Assembly: GCA_015067795.1 (NCBI GenBank)
Contig: SVLU01000013.1
Location: 1-57,914 of the forward strand
DNA: 57,914 nt
Reading direction: 5' to 3'
Origin: Oscillospiraceae bacterium
GTDB taxonomy: Bacteria; Bacillota; Clostridia; Oscillospirales; Oscillospiraceae
In this document: piece by piece, positions 9,031 through 19,115 of the stretch
How the letters are laid out: each line of letters begins with the position of its first letter
How positions within the stretch are numbered: the first letter of the stretch is position 1
Position numbers and translations under genes: made by a program
The notes under the pieces: generated by a model
What the model saw: only the letters and a program-made list of their open reading frames with translations
What the model was told of the DNA's origin: nothing
The model's database searches: none

Positions 9031-10295
9031 TCTTTTTCCTCCACATGACGCAAACACGGAAGAACTGCAGATCCCCAGTTATTGTACCATTCCCGGAGAT
9101 GTATTGATTTCTCACTGTGTTCAACTGTGAATGCAAGCGCTTCACAGGTATCATAGGTAATCACATTTCCCTGATCAATCTGGTTATACAACTTTAAATT
9201 CAAAAAATAGCTGCCGGGAACAAAATAACGTGTATCAATAGTGATATCAGCATAGTTTAATCCTTCGGAATGCTCCAGTTTACCTAAAAAAGAGCCGCCT
9301 ACAACTCCTCTCGCACTGTTTATAAACAAAACTTTCAGTTCCAAATTTGCATCACTATCAGGACTTTCCCAGCCAAGTCGTATTTTTATTAAATCCCCAT
9401 ACATAAAATGATTGGTATTGCTATCCAGAATTTCAACACTATGAAGCTTGTGCTCCAAAGTACAGTGGTTGCCTCTGAGTAGATCATCGGGACCATAGTA
9501 GATCTTTTCCGCATCATCAGCCACCTTCATATAGATGCCGATAGCGGTATTGACATCACCATCATATACAGTCTGACCATGATCCAGAACAATACACCTG
9601 TCACAGAGGGCACGAATGGTAGCCATGTTGTGGCTGACATAGAGAATTGTCTTTCCGGAATCTGCAACTTCGCGCATTTTCTGGATGCACTTATTCTGAA
9701 AAGCCACATCACCGACAGCAAGAACCTCATCCATAATCATGATTTCAGAGTCCAGATGTGCCGCAACGGAAAAGGCGAGCTTTACATACATACCGGAAGA
9801 GTATCTCTTAACAGGAGTATCAATAAACTGACGCACCTCGGAAAATTCAATAATATCCTCCATTTTGGCATCAATTTCTTTTTTTGTCATGCCAAGGATA
9901 GCACCGTTCAGATAAACATTCTCTCGACCGGTAAGCTCCTGATGGAATCCGGTACCAACCTCCAGCATGGAGGCAACACGACCATTAAGATATATATCAC
10001 CTGTAGTAGGAGCTGTAATTCGGGTAATCAGCTTCAAAAGGGTGGATTTACCTGCACCGTTATGGCCGATAATACCAACAGCCTCACCCTTTTTGACTTC
10101 AAAAGACACACCATTTAATGCCATAAACCGCTCGTTGGAATCCGCTCTTGTTTCACCGATTTTCAGCGTTGGATCCTCCAAATGTTTCCGCTTTGCTCTG
10201 CGTCGCTGAAGCTCCTCGCGAAGTGTCGTTCCGCCAATAGCACCAAGACGGTATTCTTTTGTAACATCACTAACTTTAATCATTAATTCATCCAT
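9027..10295 (-). CDS. ABC transporter ATP-binding protein of a polysaccharide/teichoic-acid exporter (Wzt/TagH-like) with a C-terminal substrate-binding extension
   Basis: Walker A GHNGAGKST, signature LSSGMYVKL, Walker B IMIMDEVLAVGD. About 170 aa follow the nucleotide-binding domain. Start is ATG 10295, after the permease stop. Confidence 0.85.
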   Translation of the reverse strand: MDELMIKVSDVTKEYRLGAIGGTTLREELQRRRAKRKHLEDPTLKIGETRADSNERFMALNGVSFEVKKGEAVGIIGHNGAGKSTLLKLITRITAPTTGDIYLNGRVASMLEVGTGFHQELTGRENVYLNGAILGMTKKEIDAKMEDIIEFSEVRQFIDTPVKRYSSGMYVKLAFSVAAHLDSEIMIMDEVLAVGDVAFQNKCIQKMREVADSGKTILYVSHNMATIRALCDRCIVLDHGQTVYDGDVNTAIGIYMKVADDAEKIYYGPDDLLRGNHCTLEHKLHSVEILDSNTNHFMYGDLIKIRLGWESPDSDANLELKVLFINSARGVVGGSFLGKLEHSEGLNYADITIDTRYFVPGSYFLNLKLYNQIDQGNVITYDTCEALAFTVEHSEKSIHLREWYNNWGSAVLPCLRHVEEKE

Positions 10296-10309
10296 GAATT
10301 CTACCTCTA

Positions 10310-11182
10310 TCACACTGTATCCATAAAGGTTTTCTCAATTCTGTTAAATAAAACCATGCCAACGAAAAATACAGCTACAGTAAACACTAAACTGATTATG
10401 TAATACAGCGTATTAAAATATCCCTGACCTAAAAATGCCATACGCATTGTTGTAACTATTGGAGTAACAGGGTTTAACATATATAAGCCCAGATACTTCT
10501 CAGGGATAAGCGCCAAACCATAAGGAATCGGTGATAAATACTGCCACAGCTGAAGTCCGAAGCCCACAAGCATGGCAAGGTCACGATACTTTGTGGTAAG
10601 CGAGGAAATGATTATACCCACACCTGTACTGAGCAAAACAAGCTGAATAACCATCACAGGGAATAACAGCATATACTTTGAAAAGCGAATGTGTGTTATA
10701 CCAACCAAATTGCAAACAAGTACGATACCGCAGAACAGCAGTATCTGAATAAAAAATGAGATCAGGTCTGCTATTGCCGTTGCGATTGGTGTAACGATAC
10801 GCGGATAATATACCTTGCCCATAATTGCTCGGTTTGTAATAAAAGTATTGGAATTAGCCGTTACCGTTGATGAGAAATATGACCAGATAACAGTACCGAT
10901 CATATAGAACAGGAAAGACGGCATCTGCAATACTTCACCTTCCACATCTGAGGTGGTAAGTCCTGCCAGGCTGCCGAAAACAATAGAGAACACCACCGTA
11001 GTAAGCAGAGGCTGGATTACAGCCCACAATGGTCCCAGAACGGTCTGTTTATATTTAGCTGTAAAATCTCGCTTCACAAAAAGCCATGTCAGATCTCGGT
11101 ATTCCCAAACCTCTTTAAAGTTTATCTTTACTGCACTTTTCGATGAAGTAATATGCGTTTTCCAGTTTTGCCGTTCCTGCAT
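10310..11182 (-). CDS. ABC-2 type polysaccharide/teichoic-acid export permease (Wzm/TagG-like)
   Basis: Six-TM hydrophobic protein immediately upstream of, and overlapping, the Wzt-like ATPase. Confidence 0.8.
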   Translation of the reverse strand: MQERQNWKTHITSSKSAVKINFKEVWEYRDLTWLFVKRDFTAKYKQTVLGPLWAVIQPLLTTVVFSIVFGSLAGLTTSDVEGEVLQMPSFLFYMIGTVIWSYFSSTVTANSNTFITNRAIMGKVYYPRIVTPIATAIADLISFFIQILLFCGIVLVCNLVGITHIRFSKYMLLFPVMVIQLVLLSTGVGIIISSLTTKYRDLAMLVGFGLQLWQYLSPIPYGLALIPEKYLGLYMLNPVTPIVTTMRMAFLGQGYFNTLYYIISLVFTVAVFFVGMVLFNRIEKTFMDTV

Positions 11183-11205
11183 ATTTCTTTACTCCTTATA
11201 CTTCG

Positions 11206-12390
11206 TTAAATTATTGCTTCCCAACGGTCGGCAATTCTTTCAATACTCAGTTCATCCCGTACTTTGGCCGCCTCGCCGGAAAGGTGCTGAGCCAGAGCGG
11301 GATTTTCAATTATTTCTTTCATTCCGTTATAGAGTGCCTGCACATCCCCGATCGGTGTCAGGATGCCGTTCTTGTGACCACTTATCATCATTCTTGCCCC
11401 ACCACCGTGGCAGTCGGTGCATACACACGGCAATCCAATAGCAAGAGCCTCCAGCATGGAGTTGGACAGCCCTTCAAAATCCGAGCTGCACACATACATC
11501 GCCGCATCTCTTATACGCTCATGGACATCCGATGCAAAATCCTCAAAGAAAACAGACTTTTCCAGTCCTTTTTCCTTCGTCAGGGCAATCAGAGAGTCTT
11601 TTTCCTCACCTCTGCCATAAATTCGCAGAGTATAATCCGGATACTCTGCCAGCAGCATTTCAAACGCGTCAATAAGCAGAGGGATATTCTTCTGCTTATT
11701 CAACCGACAGAAATTTACTATCTCATGCCTCCGCTCCCCTGTAAAGGGCTGTGGTAATCCTTCTTTTAAAGGATTGGGAATTACGGCACTTTCACAGCGA
11801 AGCTTTGTATAATACGCTCTCTCATCCTCTGTCTGGAACACTGCCGCCTTACAGCAGCGGTATATCCCATCACGGATCTTCATGATATTTCGCGGCATAT
11901 CAGGACGAACAGGATTATTTCTTTCGCAGAATACGGTTTTAACAGAAATCCCCTTTGCCGCCATCAGCATTGCGATATTGGAGCGGATCAGGAAGCCAAA
12001 AGCGGTACAGTCTTTGTTGTTTTTCAGATATTCCCGATATGGCAATGCGTAATTTGCGTAGAAATACATTCGGGTTTCGTTAACCTTAGGATAGGTTGTA
12101 CAGCCGAATTTCCGCAAAAGCGGATTTAAGAAACGAACCTGCAGATGCATACACCTGTTCAAAAACTTTCGGGCAAGCTTTCCCCAAGTGGTAGTGACAG
12201 GCATATCCTCAGCTATGTACAGCGTAATACCTTCCGGCAGAGGATATGCAACAGGTCGCCTGTTCAGCATCAGAATATCAATATCATATTCTCTGGAGTA
12301 CAGCTCATTGCTGAGAACGGAAACCACCCGCTCTGCACCCCCGCCGCCAAGAGAATCAATAAAAAACGCAATTTTCTTATTTTTCATCAT
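11206..12390 (-). CDS. GT4-family glycosyltransferase
   Basis: KIAFFIDSLGGGGAERV... The C-terminal ...YVCSSDFEGLSNSMLEALAIGLPCVCTD... is the GT4 motif. Confidence 0.8.
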   Translation of the reverse strand: MMKNKKIAFFIDSLGGGGAERVVSVLSNELYSREYDIDILMLNRRPVAYPLPEGITLYIAEDMPVTTTWGKLARKFLNRCMHLQVRFLNPLLRKFGCTTYPKVNETRMYFYANYALPYREYLKNNKDCTAFGFLIRSNIAMLMAAKGISVKTVFCERNNPVRPDMPRNIMKIRDGIYRCCKAAVFQTEDERAYYTKLRCESAVIPNPLKEGLPQPFTGERRHEIVNFCRLNKQKNIPLLIDAFEMLLAEYPDYTLRIYGRGEEKDSLIALTKEKGLEKSVFFEDFASDVHERIRDAAMYVCSSDFEGLSNSMLEALAIGLPCVCTDCHGGGARMMISGHKNGILTPIGDVQALYNGMKEIIENPALAQHLSGEAAKVRDELSIERIADRWEAII

Positions 12391-13358
12391 TTATTCATCA
12401 TGCACATCAGTTTATTCTGCGCTCTGTAAAAGAGATTTCTCAGTTTGCCGGAACACTTGATCTTCAGCTTCATATCCCCGAACCCCTTATGGGACATTAC
12501 ATCCTTTTTAAACGCTCGATGCTGTCCCTCCAGGCTTTCACGGTCGGTTTCGGACAGAAGATTGTACTTGCCTATCACCGATTTGGCAGTACGAACAAGA
12601 TACATGGCTGCAGCTTCACCCTCAGCCTTTCCGTTTCGATACATTTGGGACAGTACATAGTAAATCCGAAGCATACTGTCATAACGACGCATAGCACCGG
12701 AGGATGTCATAATGGATGCCGGACGTATTCTGCGGGCATAAAGCTGCTCATGGCAGTGTGCCACCCGACCATCAGCGTTATATACCAGGAAGGTAAAAAG
12801 CTCGTCCTCGTGAATGATGCCCTCTTCAAACCACAGGTTATTCTCAAGCAGATAGCTTGTACGGAAGAGCATCAGAGGAACAGCTGTGCGGTACTCTTCA
12901 TTCCGAAGAAGTCTGAGAAGCATCTTGCGACCTGTTTGCGGCCGATACTGCTCTTTTCGGATGTATCTTGATACATTATCATCCTCTTCGCACTCATCAA
13001 AAAATACATAACCATTGAAAAACACAGCATCAGCGTTTTCCTTATCAGACAGTGCTGTCAGATGCTCCAAGGTATGGGGCTCGATGTAGTCATCGCTGTC
13101 CAGAAAATAGACATACTCACCTTTAGCTTCTCTGAGTCCTGTGTTTCTTGCAGCAGATAATCCACCATTTGGTTGATGAATTACCCGTATTTTATCAGAA
13201 ATATTTATATACTCATCACAAATCAAGCCGCTGCGATCTGTTGAACCGTCATCAACCAGAATGATCTCGTAATCTGTGTATGACTGCTTCAATACGCTGT
13301 CAACACATTCGTTTAAGTATTTTTCTACATTGTATACAGGGATAACAACACTTATCAT
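12387..13358 (-). CDS. family 2 glycosyltransferase (first of three tandem paralogues)
   Basis: MISVVIPVYNVEKYLNECVDSVLKQSYTDYEIILVDDGSTDRSG. Confidence 0.8.
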   Translation of the reverse strand: MISVVIPVYNVEKYLNECVDSVLKQSYTDYEIILVDDGSTDRSGLICDEYINISDKIRVIHQPNGGLSAARNTGLREAKGEYVYFLDSDDYIEPHTLEHLTALSDKENADAVFFNGYVFFDECEEDDNVSRYIRKEQYRPQTGRKMLLRLLRNEEYRTAVPLMLFRTSYLLENNLWFEEGIIHEDELFTFLVYNADGRVAHCHEQLYARRIRPASIMTSSGAMRRYDSMLRIYYVLSQMYRNGKAEGEAAAMYLVRTAKSVIGKYNLLSETDRESLEGQHRAFKKDVMSHKGFGDMKLKIKCSGKLRNLFYRAQNKLMCMMNK

Positions 13359-13361
13359 CTT

Positions 13362-14450
13362 TTATCTTCCCCGAGTTTTCTGGTAAATTTTTCTGACTGC
13401 CTGATTTTTAAAGATACAGTTCAGAACAGGTGTAATATATTTCTTCTTCCAGGCCAAGTTTTTCAGATAATGAACCAAGCCTGTCGCATCCTGATTTTTT
13501 ACATAACCATAAACGGCGGTATATTCCGAATTCATACCGGTACAGGAAATGTTTCCCACCGCACTAATGCATAGGGGATCGGTCACAACCTCTCGGATTT
13601 TTTCAATACGCTGTTTATCCTTTGCCAGACGCATTTCGTTGCGGATCACCTGCGTGCAGAAATAGAAGATGCACATCTGCATGGCATTTGTAAAATCGTG
13701 AGCCTCAAATTTTCCGGTAATTTCAACCATATAGGTCATCAGACTGCGAATGGAGTTCCACATATTTTTCGTGTAGGAACGAGACTTGGAGTTTTCGTTG
13801 GGTCGGTAGTGGTACAGTTCACCGGCAGCAAGAACCACATAGGTATCAGCGTGCAGGGCACACTCCACAGAAAACGCAAAATCCTCACACCTGCGGCTTT
13901 TCTCGTAAAACCGGATATTGTTTTCGTGAACCATGCTTCGGCGATAAAGCCGAGAACAGTTTCCCCAGTCAACAGTACGGAATGTGCCAGTCCTTACCAC
14001 ATGGGGCAGCAGTACGGGATAAATCTGCTCACGTATTTCTTCTCCCCGGTAAACGCCTTCCGGGAATACCACATAATCCGCAAGACCTTCCATCCTGCAA
14101 TAAATGATATCTGCACCCGCCTTCTTTGCCGCCCTGTACATGGTTTCAAACATATCCGGTTCGATCCAGTCATCAGAATCCACAAAGCCGATATATTCAC
14201 CGCGAGCATGAGTTAAACCCACATTTCGTGCAGATGCCGTACCGCCGTTTTCCTTATAATAATACTCAAAATTTGGATGTGAAAGTATAAAATCTTTACA
14301 TATCTGACCTGAAGTATCTCTGGATCCATCATCAATCAGCAAAACCTGTATATTACCCAGCGTCTGGGCTGCTATGCTTTCCAGGCATTCTATTAGATAT
14401 TTTTCAATGTTATAGACCGGGACAATCACACTGACTTTCGGTTCCATCAA
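13362..14450 (-). CDS. family 2 glycosyltransferase (tandem paralogue)
   Basis: VSVIVPVYNIEKYLIECLESIAAQTLGNIQVLLIDDGSRDTSG. Confidence 0.8.
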   Translation of the reverse strand: MMEPKVSVIVPVYNIEKYLIECLESIAAQTLGNIQVLLIDDGSRDTSGQICKDFILSHPNFEYYYKENGGTASARNVGLTHARGEYIGFVDSDDWIEPDMFETMYRAAKKAGADIIYCRMEGLADYVVFPEGVYRGEEIREQIYPVLLPHVVRTGTFRTVDWGNCSRLYRRSMVHENNIRFYEKSRRCEDFAFSVECALHADTYVVLAAGELYHYRPNENSKSRSYTKNMWNSIRSLMTYMVEITGKFEAHDFTNAMQMCIFYFCTQVIRNEMRLAKDKQRIEKIREVVTDPLCISAVGNISCTGMNSEYTAVYGYVKNQDATGLVHYLKNLAWKKKYITPVLNCIFKNQAVRKIYQKTRGR

Positions 14451-15496
14451 TTACTCCTCTGTATGTATTTTTTAATTCTCACAAGGAATTCAACTGTTTT
14501 TTTCACAATTTGCAGGATTAAAAACTGCTTTTTCAGAATCAGCTGACCCATTAGCATATAATATTTGCAGATATAGGCTTTATCCCGCTTCTGCCACAAT
14601 TCCCGGAAGAATGGATCATCGGAAACCTCACTTAGCACCTGCAGCCACCGTTTACGATCCGGCTGATGCTCCGCCAGCAGAACGCCAAAGATCATATTGA
14701 TCCTGCCCTGCATTATCCGGTGGATCTTCTCCTCTTCAAAGCCCCATTTTTTCAAATATTCATCAGTACGCTGATAGACTGTACGGTAGGCATAATAGTA
14801 ATCCGGACGAATATTTCTGGAAATACTGGCGGGATTCCAACGGTAAAAGTACAAAGACTCTTTCAGATATGCCACCCGCTGTGCCGCATCCAGAATTGGC
14901 AGGGTCTGAAACAAGTCTTCTGCCAGACCATTGACCAGGGAATCCTTCCACCGGCTGTAGTCCTCATCCATATCCACGATTTTGCGGGACACAGCTTTAA
15001 TAACAATTGGATTAAGCCCTTTTCCAAGCAAAAACTTATTATAAAGCTCCTGCTTTTGTTCCCCCTGAAATATATAGCCACTTGGGTGATCAAATAAAGA
15101 TATCCGTTTTCCTGCTCCAACTGTTCTTTCGAAGGCATAAAAATACTCGTATATAACCATATCTGCATTTTTTTCTTCGATCATGTGCCGTATCTTTTTC
15201 AGCCCATCCACATCGTTAAGAGCATCATCCGAATCAAGGCATATAAAATAATCACCTCGTGCTTCCTGAAACCCTCTTCTGCGAGTCATCATTAAGCCTT
15301 CGTTCTGCTTATGTATCACTCTGATATTTGAGTGCTCTTCTGCATATTCATCACAAATGCGTGGTGAATCATCCGTAGAACCATCGTCAATCAGAACAAT
15401 TTCAAAATCTCTAAAAGTCTGAGAAAGTACAGAATCCAAGCATTCCCTTAAATACTCTGACGTATTATACACGGGAATACAAACACTAAACATCAT
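14447..15496 (-). CDS. family 2 glycosyltransferase (tandem paralogue)
   Basis: FSVCIPVYNTSEYLRECLDSVLSQTFRDFEIVLIDDGSTDDS. Confidence 0.8.
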   Translation of the reverse strand: MMFSVCIPVYNTSEYLRECLDSVLSQTFRDFEIVLIDDGSTDDSPRICDEYAEEHSNIRVIHKQNEGLMMTRRRGFQEARGDYFICLDSDDALNDVDGLKKIRHMIEEKNADMVIYEYFYAFERTVGAGKRISLFDHPSGYIFQGEQKQELYNKFLLGKGLNPIVIKAVSRKIVDMDEDYSRWKDSLVNGLAEDLFQTLPILDAAQRVAYLKESLYFYRWNPASISRNIRPDYYYAYRTVYQRTDEYLKKWGFEEEKIHRIMQGRINMIFGVLLAEHQPDRKRWLQVLSEVSDDPFFRELWQKRDKAYICKYYMLMGQLILKKQFLILQIVKKTVEFLVRIKKYIQRSN

Positions 15497-15509
15497 TTAT
15501 CAATACCTC

Positions 15510-16082
15510 TTAGTTCTTAGAAGCTTCTCTGGCCGGAATACCGATTATCACCTTACCGGGATTTGGAAAGTCTTTATTCACCACAGCGTTTGCTCCAATA
15601 ATGCAGCCATCTGCTATATGAATTCCACCTATAATTACTGCACCTACACCAATATCCACTTTATTTCCCAACGAAGGAATGCCCGTTTCATTACCTTCTC
15701 CTTTATTGCCAAGGATATTGTTGCCATGTATGACACAGTCATCTCCCAGATTAGCGTTAACGACAACTCCACCGTGCCAAATCTGAGTTCTTCTCCCAAG
15801 CTTTGAATGATTTGCTATCTCAACATTCGTTTTTTCACCTAAAATGTTTCGCTTTCTCAAATAATAGCGATACATCATTTTGCCGTAATACTTACGGAGT
15901 ATGTTGGCAGACTCCATCTGCAGTTCTTCTTTATAAAACTGAGCCATTCTGAAAGCTGACAGGTACTTCCAAATCATAAATCTTTTTTGGTGAATAAAAC
16001 TATTGAAGTGATAATTGAAAGGTACATACAACGCTTTTTCTTCGTTGATAATTTCCTTGACCTCTTTCAAATCCATAAACAA
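15510..16082 (-). CDS. hexapeptide-repeat acetyltransferase (serine O-acetyltransferase / polysaccharide O-acetyltransferase-like)
   Basis: Left-handed beta-helix repeats in the C-terminal half (GDDCVIHGNNILG...VDIGVGAVIIGGIHIADGCIIGANAVV). First gene of the minus-strand operon. Confidence 0.75.
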   Translation of the reverse strand: MFMDLKEVKEIINEEKALYVPFNYHFNSFIHQKRFMIWKYLSAFRMAQFYKEELQMESANILRKYYGKMMYRYYLRKRNILGEKTNVEIANHSKLGRRTQIWHGGVVVNANLGDDCVIHGNNILGNKGEGNETGIPSLGNKVDIGVGAVIIGGIHIADGCIIGANAVVNKDFPNPGKVIIGIPAREASKN

Positions 16083-16523
16083 ATCTCACTTTCAAATATG
16101 CTTCTTTAGTCAACAAACACTCAATAATATAGCTATCACTTCACAAAGGGCATAACACCCCGATTTTCCACTTTATATTATATTACAATCACAAAACAAT
16201 GTAAACTGTCATTCCTTACAGAATTCCGGAAAAATTTGTTCTAAAAGCTAACTTCATCCCAAATAGTCACTTTTCCATATTGCACTCAGCTCTCCAAAAC
16301 CGATTTATCCGCTTACCACCCGATATCGTCCGGAGAATTTTGGAATGTTTTCATACCGCACAGGCAGGAATTTTTTTCCGTTTATTAAGCTAAGATTAAA
16401 TTGACTTGTATTCTTGCATTATTTGTTACATTTTGGTTACAATATCGCAGTATGCTTCATGATTTTAACTAACATTTAAGTTAAAGTTTAAAAAATTATT
16501 GACAGATTTTTTCAAAATGACAG

Positions 16524-16552
16524 TTGATTTAAAGTAAAGTTTCATATAAAAT
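16524..16552 (+). promoter_or_regulatory. sigma-A-type promoter, TTGATT-17-TAAAAT, in the conserved 36-bp cassette (copy 2)
   Basis: acagTTGATTtaaagtaaagtttcataTAAAATa. It matches 33 of 36 positions with the copy at 3887-3922. Confidence 0.6.
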
Positions 16553-16597
16553 ATAATTGAAATTGAAATTATCTTCCATTTATCGGGAGTTGTATAT

Positions 16598-17380
16598 ATG
16601 AAAAAAATCATCTCTATGTTACTCATTGCAGTCGCGCTTCTTTCTCTGTGCGGCTGTTCAAGAGGTGCACCCGAAAACCAGGTCTTTTCCCCCTCTGACC
16701 TTGAAGGAAAACAGACAGGCATAGTCACCGACTCCACCACGGGTTATTTTCTTTCCGATCTCGAAAAGCTGGGCATCAATGTAAGAACATACACAGACGC
16801 CCGGGTTGCTGTAAACGATGTTGAGTCCGGCTCTCTTGACTGTGCCATAATGGATGAGGAAACCGCAAAGGATCAGCTTTCCATGTTCTCCAGCTCTGAA
16901 ATTCTGGACACACCCGTTATTGACGCGGAGCTTTCCATCGTCACCGCTCTTGAAAGTGCATCCCTTCTTTCCGTTATTGACAGCACTCTCGGTGAGCTTA
17001 TCGATGACGGCATTGTCAACCGAATTGCCAATAACTATCTCGGCGGAAAGGAATACGTCTATAAATCCCCTGAGGATATTGAATACTCAGGTACTCTTAA
17101 ACTGGCTGTAAATGCCATCGGACAGCCCTTTGCATTTTACAATGTACAGGGTGAACTTGTTGGCATGGACATCGACATTGCAAGGGCCGTATGCGATGAA
17201 ATGGGCGTTGAGCTGACTGTCGTTGACGCAGGCGGCGAGGATCTTTACGGCTACATCCGCAGCGGCAAGGCCGATCTTGCAATGGGGTGTCTTTACAAAA
17301 ATGACAGCACCAAAGACCTTGTAAGCTTCTCCCAGTCCTATTACACCAGCACACAGGTCATAGTTGTCAGAAAGAAGTAA
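16598..17380 (+). CDS. lipoprotein with two tandem solute-binding-protein family 3 (amino-acid-binding-like) domains; orphan, with no transporter partner nearby
   Basis: Signal peptide with lipobox LLSLCGC. It has duplicated SBP_bac_3-like segments (...GIVTDSTTGYF... and ...LKLAVNAIGQPFAFYN...GMDIDIARAVCDEMG...). Confidence 0.65.
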   Translation: MKKIISMLLIAVALLSLCGCSRGAPENQVFSPSDLEGKQTGIVTDSTTGYFLSDLEKLGINVRTYTDARVAVNDVESGSLDCAIMDEETAKDQLSMFSSSEILDTPVIDAELSIVTALESASLLSVIDSTLGELIDDGIVNRIANNYLGGKEYVYKSPEDIEYSGTLKLAVNAIGQPFAFYNVQGELVGMDIDIARAVCDEMGVELTVVDAGGEDLYGYIRSGKADLAMGCLYKNDSTKDLVSFSQSYYTSTQVIVVRKK

Positions 17381-17393
17381 GGATCGAGAACTT

Positions 17394-18392
17394 ATGAAAG
17401 GTATCGATTTTAACGCTTACGGTCTCCGTCCATCAGGTTCATACCTTTCGGACTTTTACTCAAGCCTGGAACAGGCTGAAAAGGCCGCCGATGAGCTGAT
17501 GAAGGAAACTGCAAAGCACACAAACAATGTTGAAGAAAACAAGGCTGCTGACAATGATGCTCCGGAAAAATTGGATCTGGACGAGCTTCTCGGGGAGCTT
17601 GACAGTCTTATCGGTCTGGAAAAGGTTAAGGAAAATGTCCGCAGTCTTATTAACCTTGTAAAAGTACGCAAGCTGCGTGCTGAACGTGACCTGCCAACAC
17701 CTGCCATGTCATTGCACCTTGTGTTTATGGGCAATCCCGGCACAGGCAAGACCACAGTTGCAAGACTTGTCGCCAAACTGTACCACTCCATCGGCGTTCT
17801 CAGCAAGGGTCAGCTTGTAGAGGTTGACCGCTCCGGTCTGGTTGCGGGATACGTTGGTCAGACAGCGATCAAAACAAAGGAAGCTGTTGACAAGGCTTTG
17901 GGCGGTGTGCTTTTCATCGACGAGGCATACGCTCTCACATCCTCCACAGGTCAGAATGATTTCGGCCGTGAGGCTGTGGATACTCTGCTTAAAGCAATGG
18001 AGGACCACAGAGATGACTTCGTCGTAATCGTTGCAGGCTATGATGATCTCATGGAGGATTTCATTTCCTCCAACCCCGGTCTTGAGTCCCGTTTCAACCG
18101 TTACCTTGTTTTTGACGATTATTCCGGTCAGCAGCTTACAGAAATTTTCCTCTCCATGTGTGCCAAAAACAAATACACTCTGGAGGCGGATGCGGAAAAA
18201 TACGCCGCTGAGATATTTACCAGACTCTACGAAGAGCGAGATGACAACTTCGGCAACGCCCGCGACGTGCGTAATTTCTTTGAAAACGTAATAACCGTTC
18301 ACTCAGACCGCATTGCCCCCCTTGATTCCCCCTCTGACGAGGATCTTGTGACCGTAAAACTATGCGACCTGAAAAATGCCGAAAAAATGTAG
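17394..18392 (+). CDS. AAA+ ATPase of the SpoVK/CbbX family
   Basis: Walker A GNPGTGKTTVAR, Walker B VLFIDEAYAL. Features of this family include the arrangement of the N-terminal region relative to the AAA domain. The gene begins just after the lipoprotein stop, with an AAGGA ribosome-binding site. Confidence 0.8.
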   Translation: MKGIDFNAYGLRPSGSYLSDFYSSLEQAEKAADELMKETAKHTNNVEENKAADNDAPEKLDLDELLGELDSLIGLEKVKENVRSLINLVKVRKLRAERDLPTPAMSLHLVFMGNPGTGKTTVARLVAKLYHSIGVLSKGQLVEVDRSGLVAGYVGQTAIKTKEAVDKALGGVLFIDEAYALTSSTGQNDFGREAVDTLLKAMEDHRDDFVVIVAGYDDLMEDFISSNPGLESRFNRYLVFDDYSGQQLTEIFLSMCAKNKYTLEADAEKYAAEIFTRLYEERDDNFGNARDVRNFFENVITVHSDRIAPLDSPSDEDLVTVKLCDLKNAEKM

Positions 18393-18470
18393 TTTCAACC
18401 TGTTTTTAAGTGTTTTTTTCATTTCTCTACCGTTGGTAGAGACCGATTATACCGATAGGAGTGTCCCAAA

Positions 18471-19055
18471 ATGGCAGAAATAAAGCAGATTGCCGCTGAA
18501 AATATATCACGACTGCGTACCACTGCCGGTATGACACAGGCAGAGCTTGCCAGGATTTTGAACTATTCCGACAAGGCTGTTTCAAAATGGGAACGTGGTG
18601 AATCCCTTCCGGACATTGTTGTATTAAAGCAGATAGCCGATATCTTCAACGTCACTCTCGACTTCCTTGTAACTGAACACGCCGTTATTGAAACACCGAA
18701 TACTCAGAAGTCTTACAGATGGATGAGTGCAAATCATTACATAATCACCATGCTTTCCGTACTTTGTGTGTGGTTTGTGTCCACGGTTATATTTGTTTCC
18801 GGTTACTGGACCGGGGCAAATATGTGGATGTGTTTCATTGTACCTATTCCGATCTCACTTATTATCATTCTCATATTCAATTCCGTTTGGGGAAAAGTCA
18901 GGTATAATATGCATATTATATCCCTCCTCATCTGGTCGGTACTTGCCGTTATCTATCTGGCACTTCTTAAGTACAATTACTGGCTTATCTTCTTCATCGG
19001 TATTCCTCTCCAGATAGCAACCATAATATCCTTTAAGTTCAGCAGAAAGAAATAG
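18471..19055 (+). CDS. membrane-anchored XRE-family HTH transcriptional regulator
   Basis: N-terminal HTH (MTQAELARILNYSDKAVSKWERGESLP), then about four predicted TM helices. Confidence 0.8.
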   Translation: MAEIKQIAAENISRLRTTAGMTQAELARILNYSDKAVSKWERGESLPDIVVLKQIADIFNVTLDFLVTEHAVIETPNTQKSYRWMSANHYIITMLSVLCVWFVSTVIFVSGYWTGANMWMCFIVPIPISLIIILIFNSVWGKVRYNMHIISLLIWSVLAVIYLALLKYNYWLIFFIGIPLQIATIISFKFSRKK

Positions 19056-19085
19056 CGGCAATATAAAAACAATAAAAATCACAAA

Positions 19086-19115
19086 ATGAAGGCAAAAATG
19101 CCTTCATTTTTCATT
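19086..19115 (+). terminator. rho-independent terminator
   Basis: gaaggcaaaaatgccttc hairpin followed by a T-run. Confidence 0.6.
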
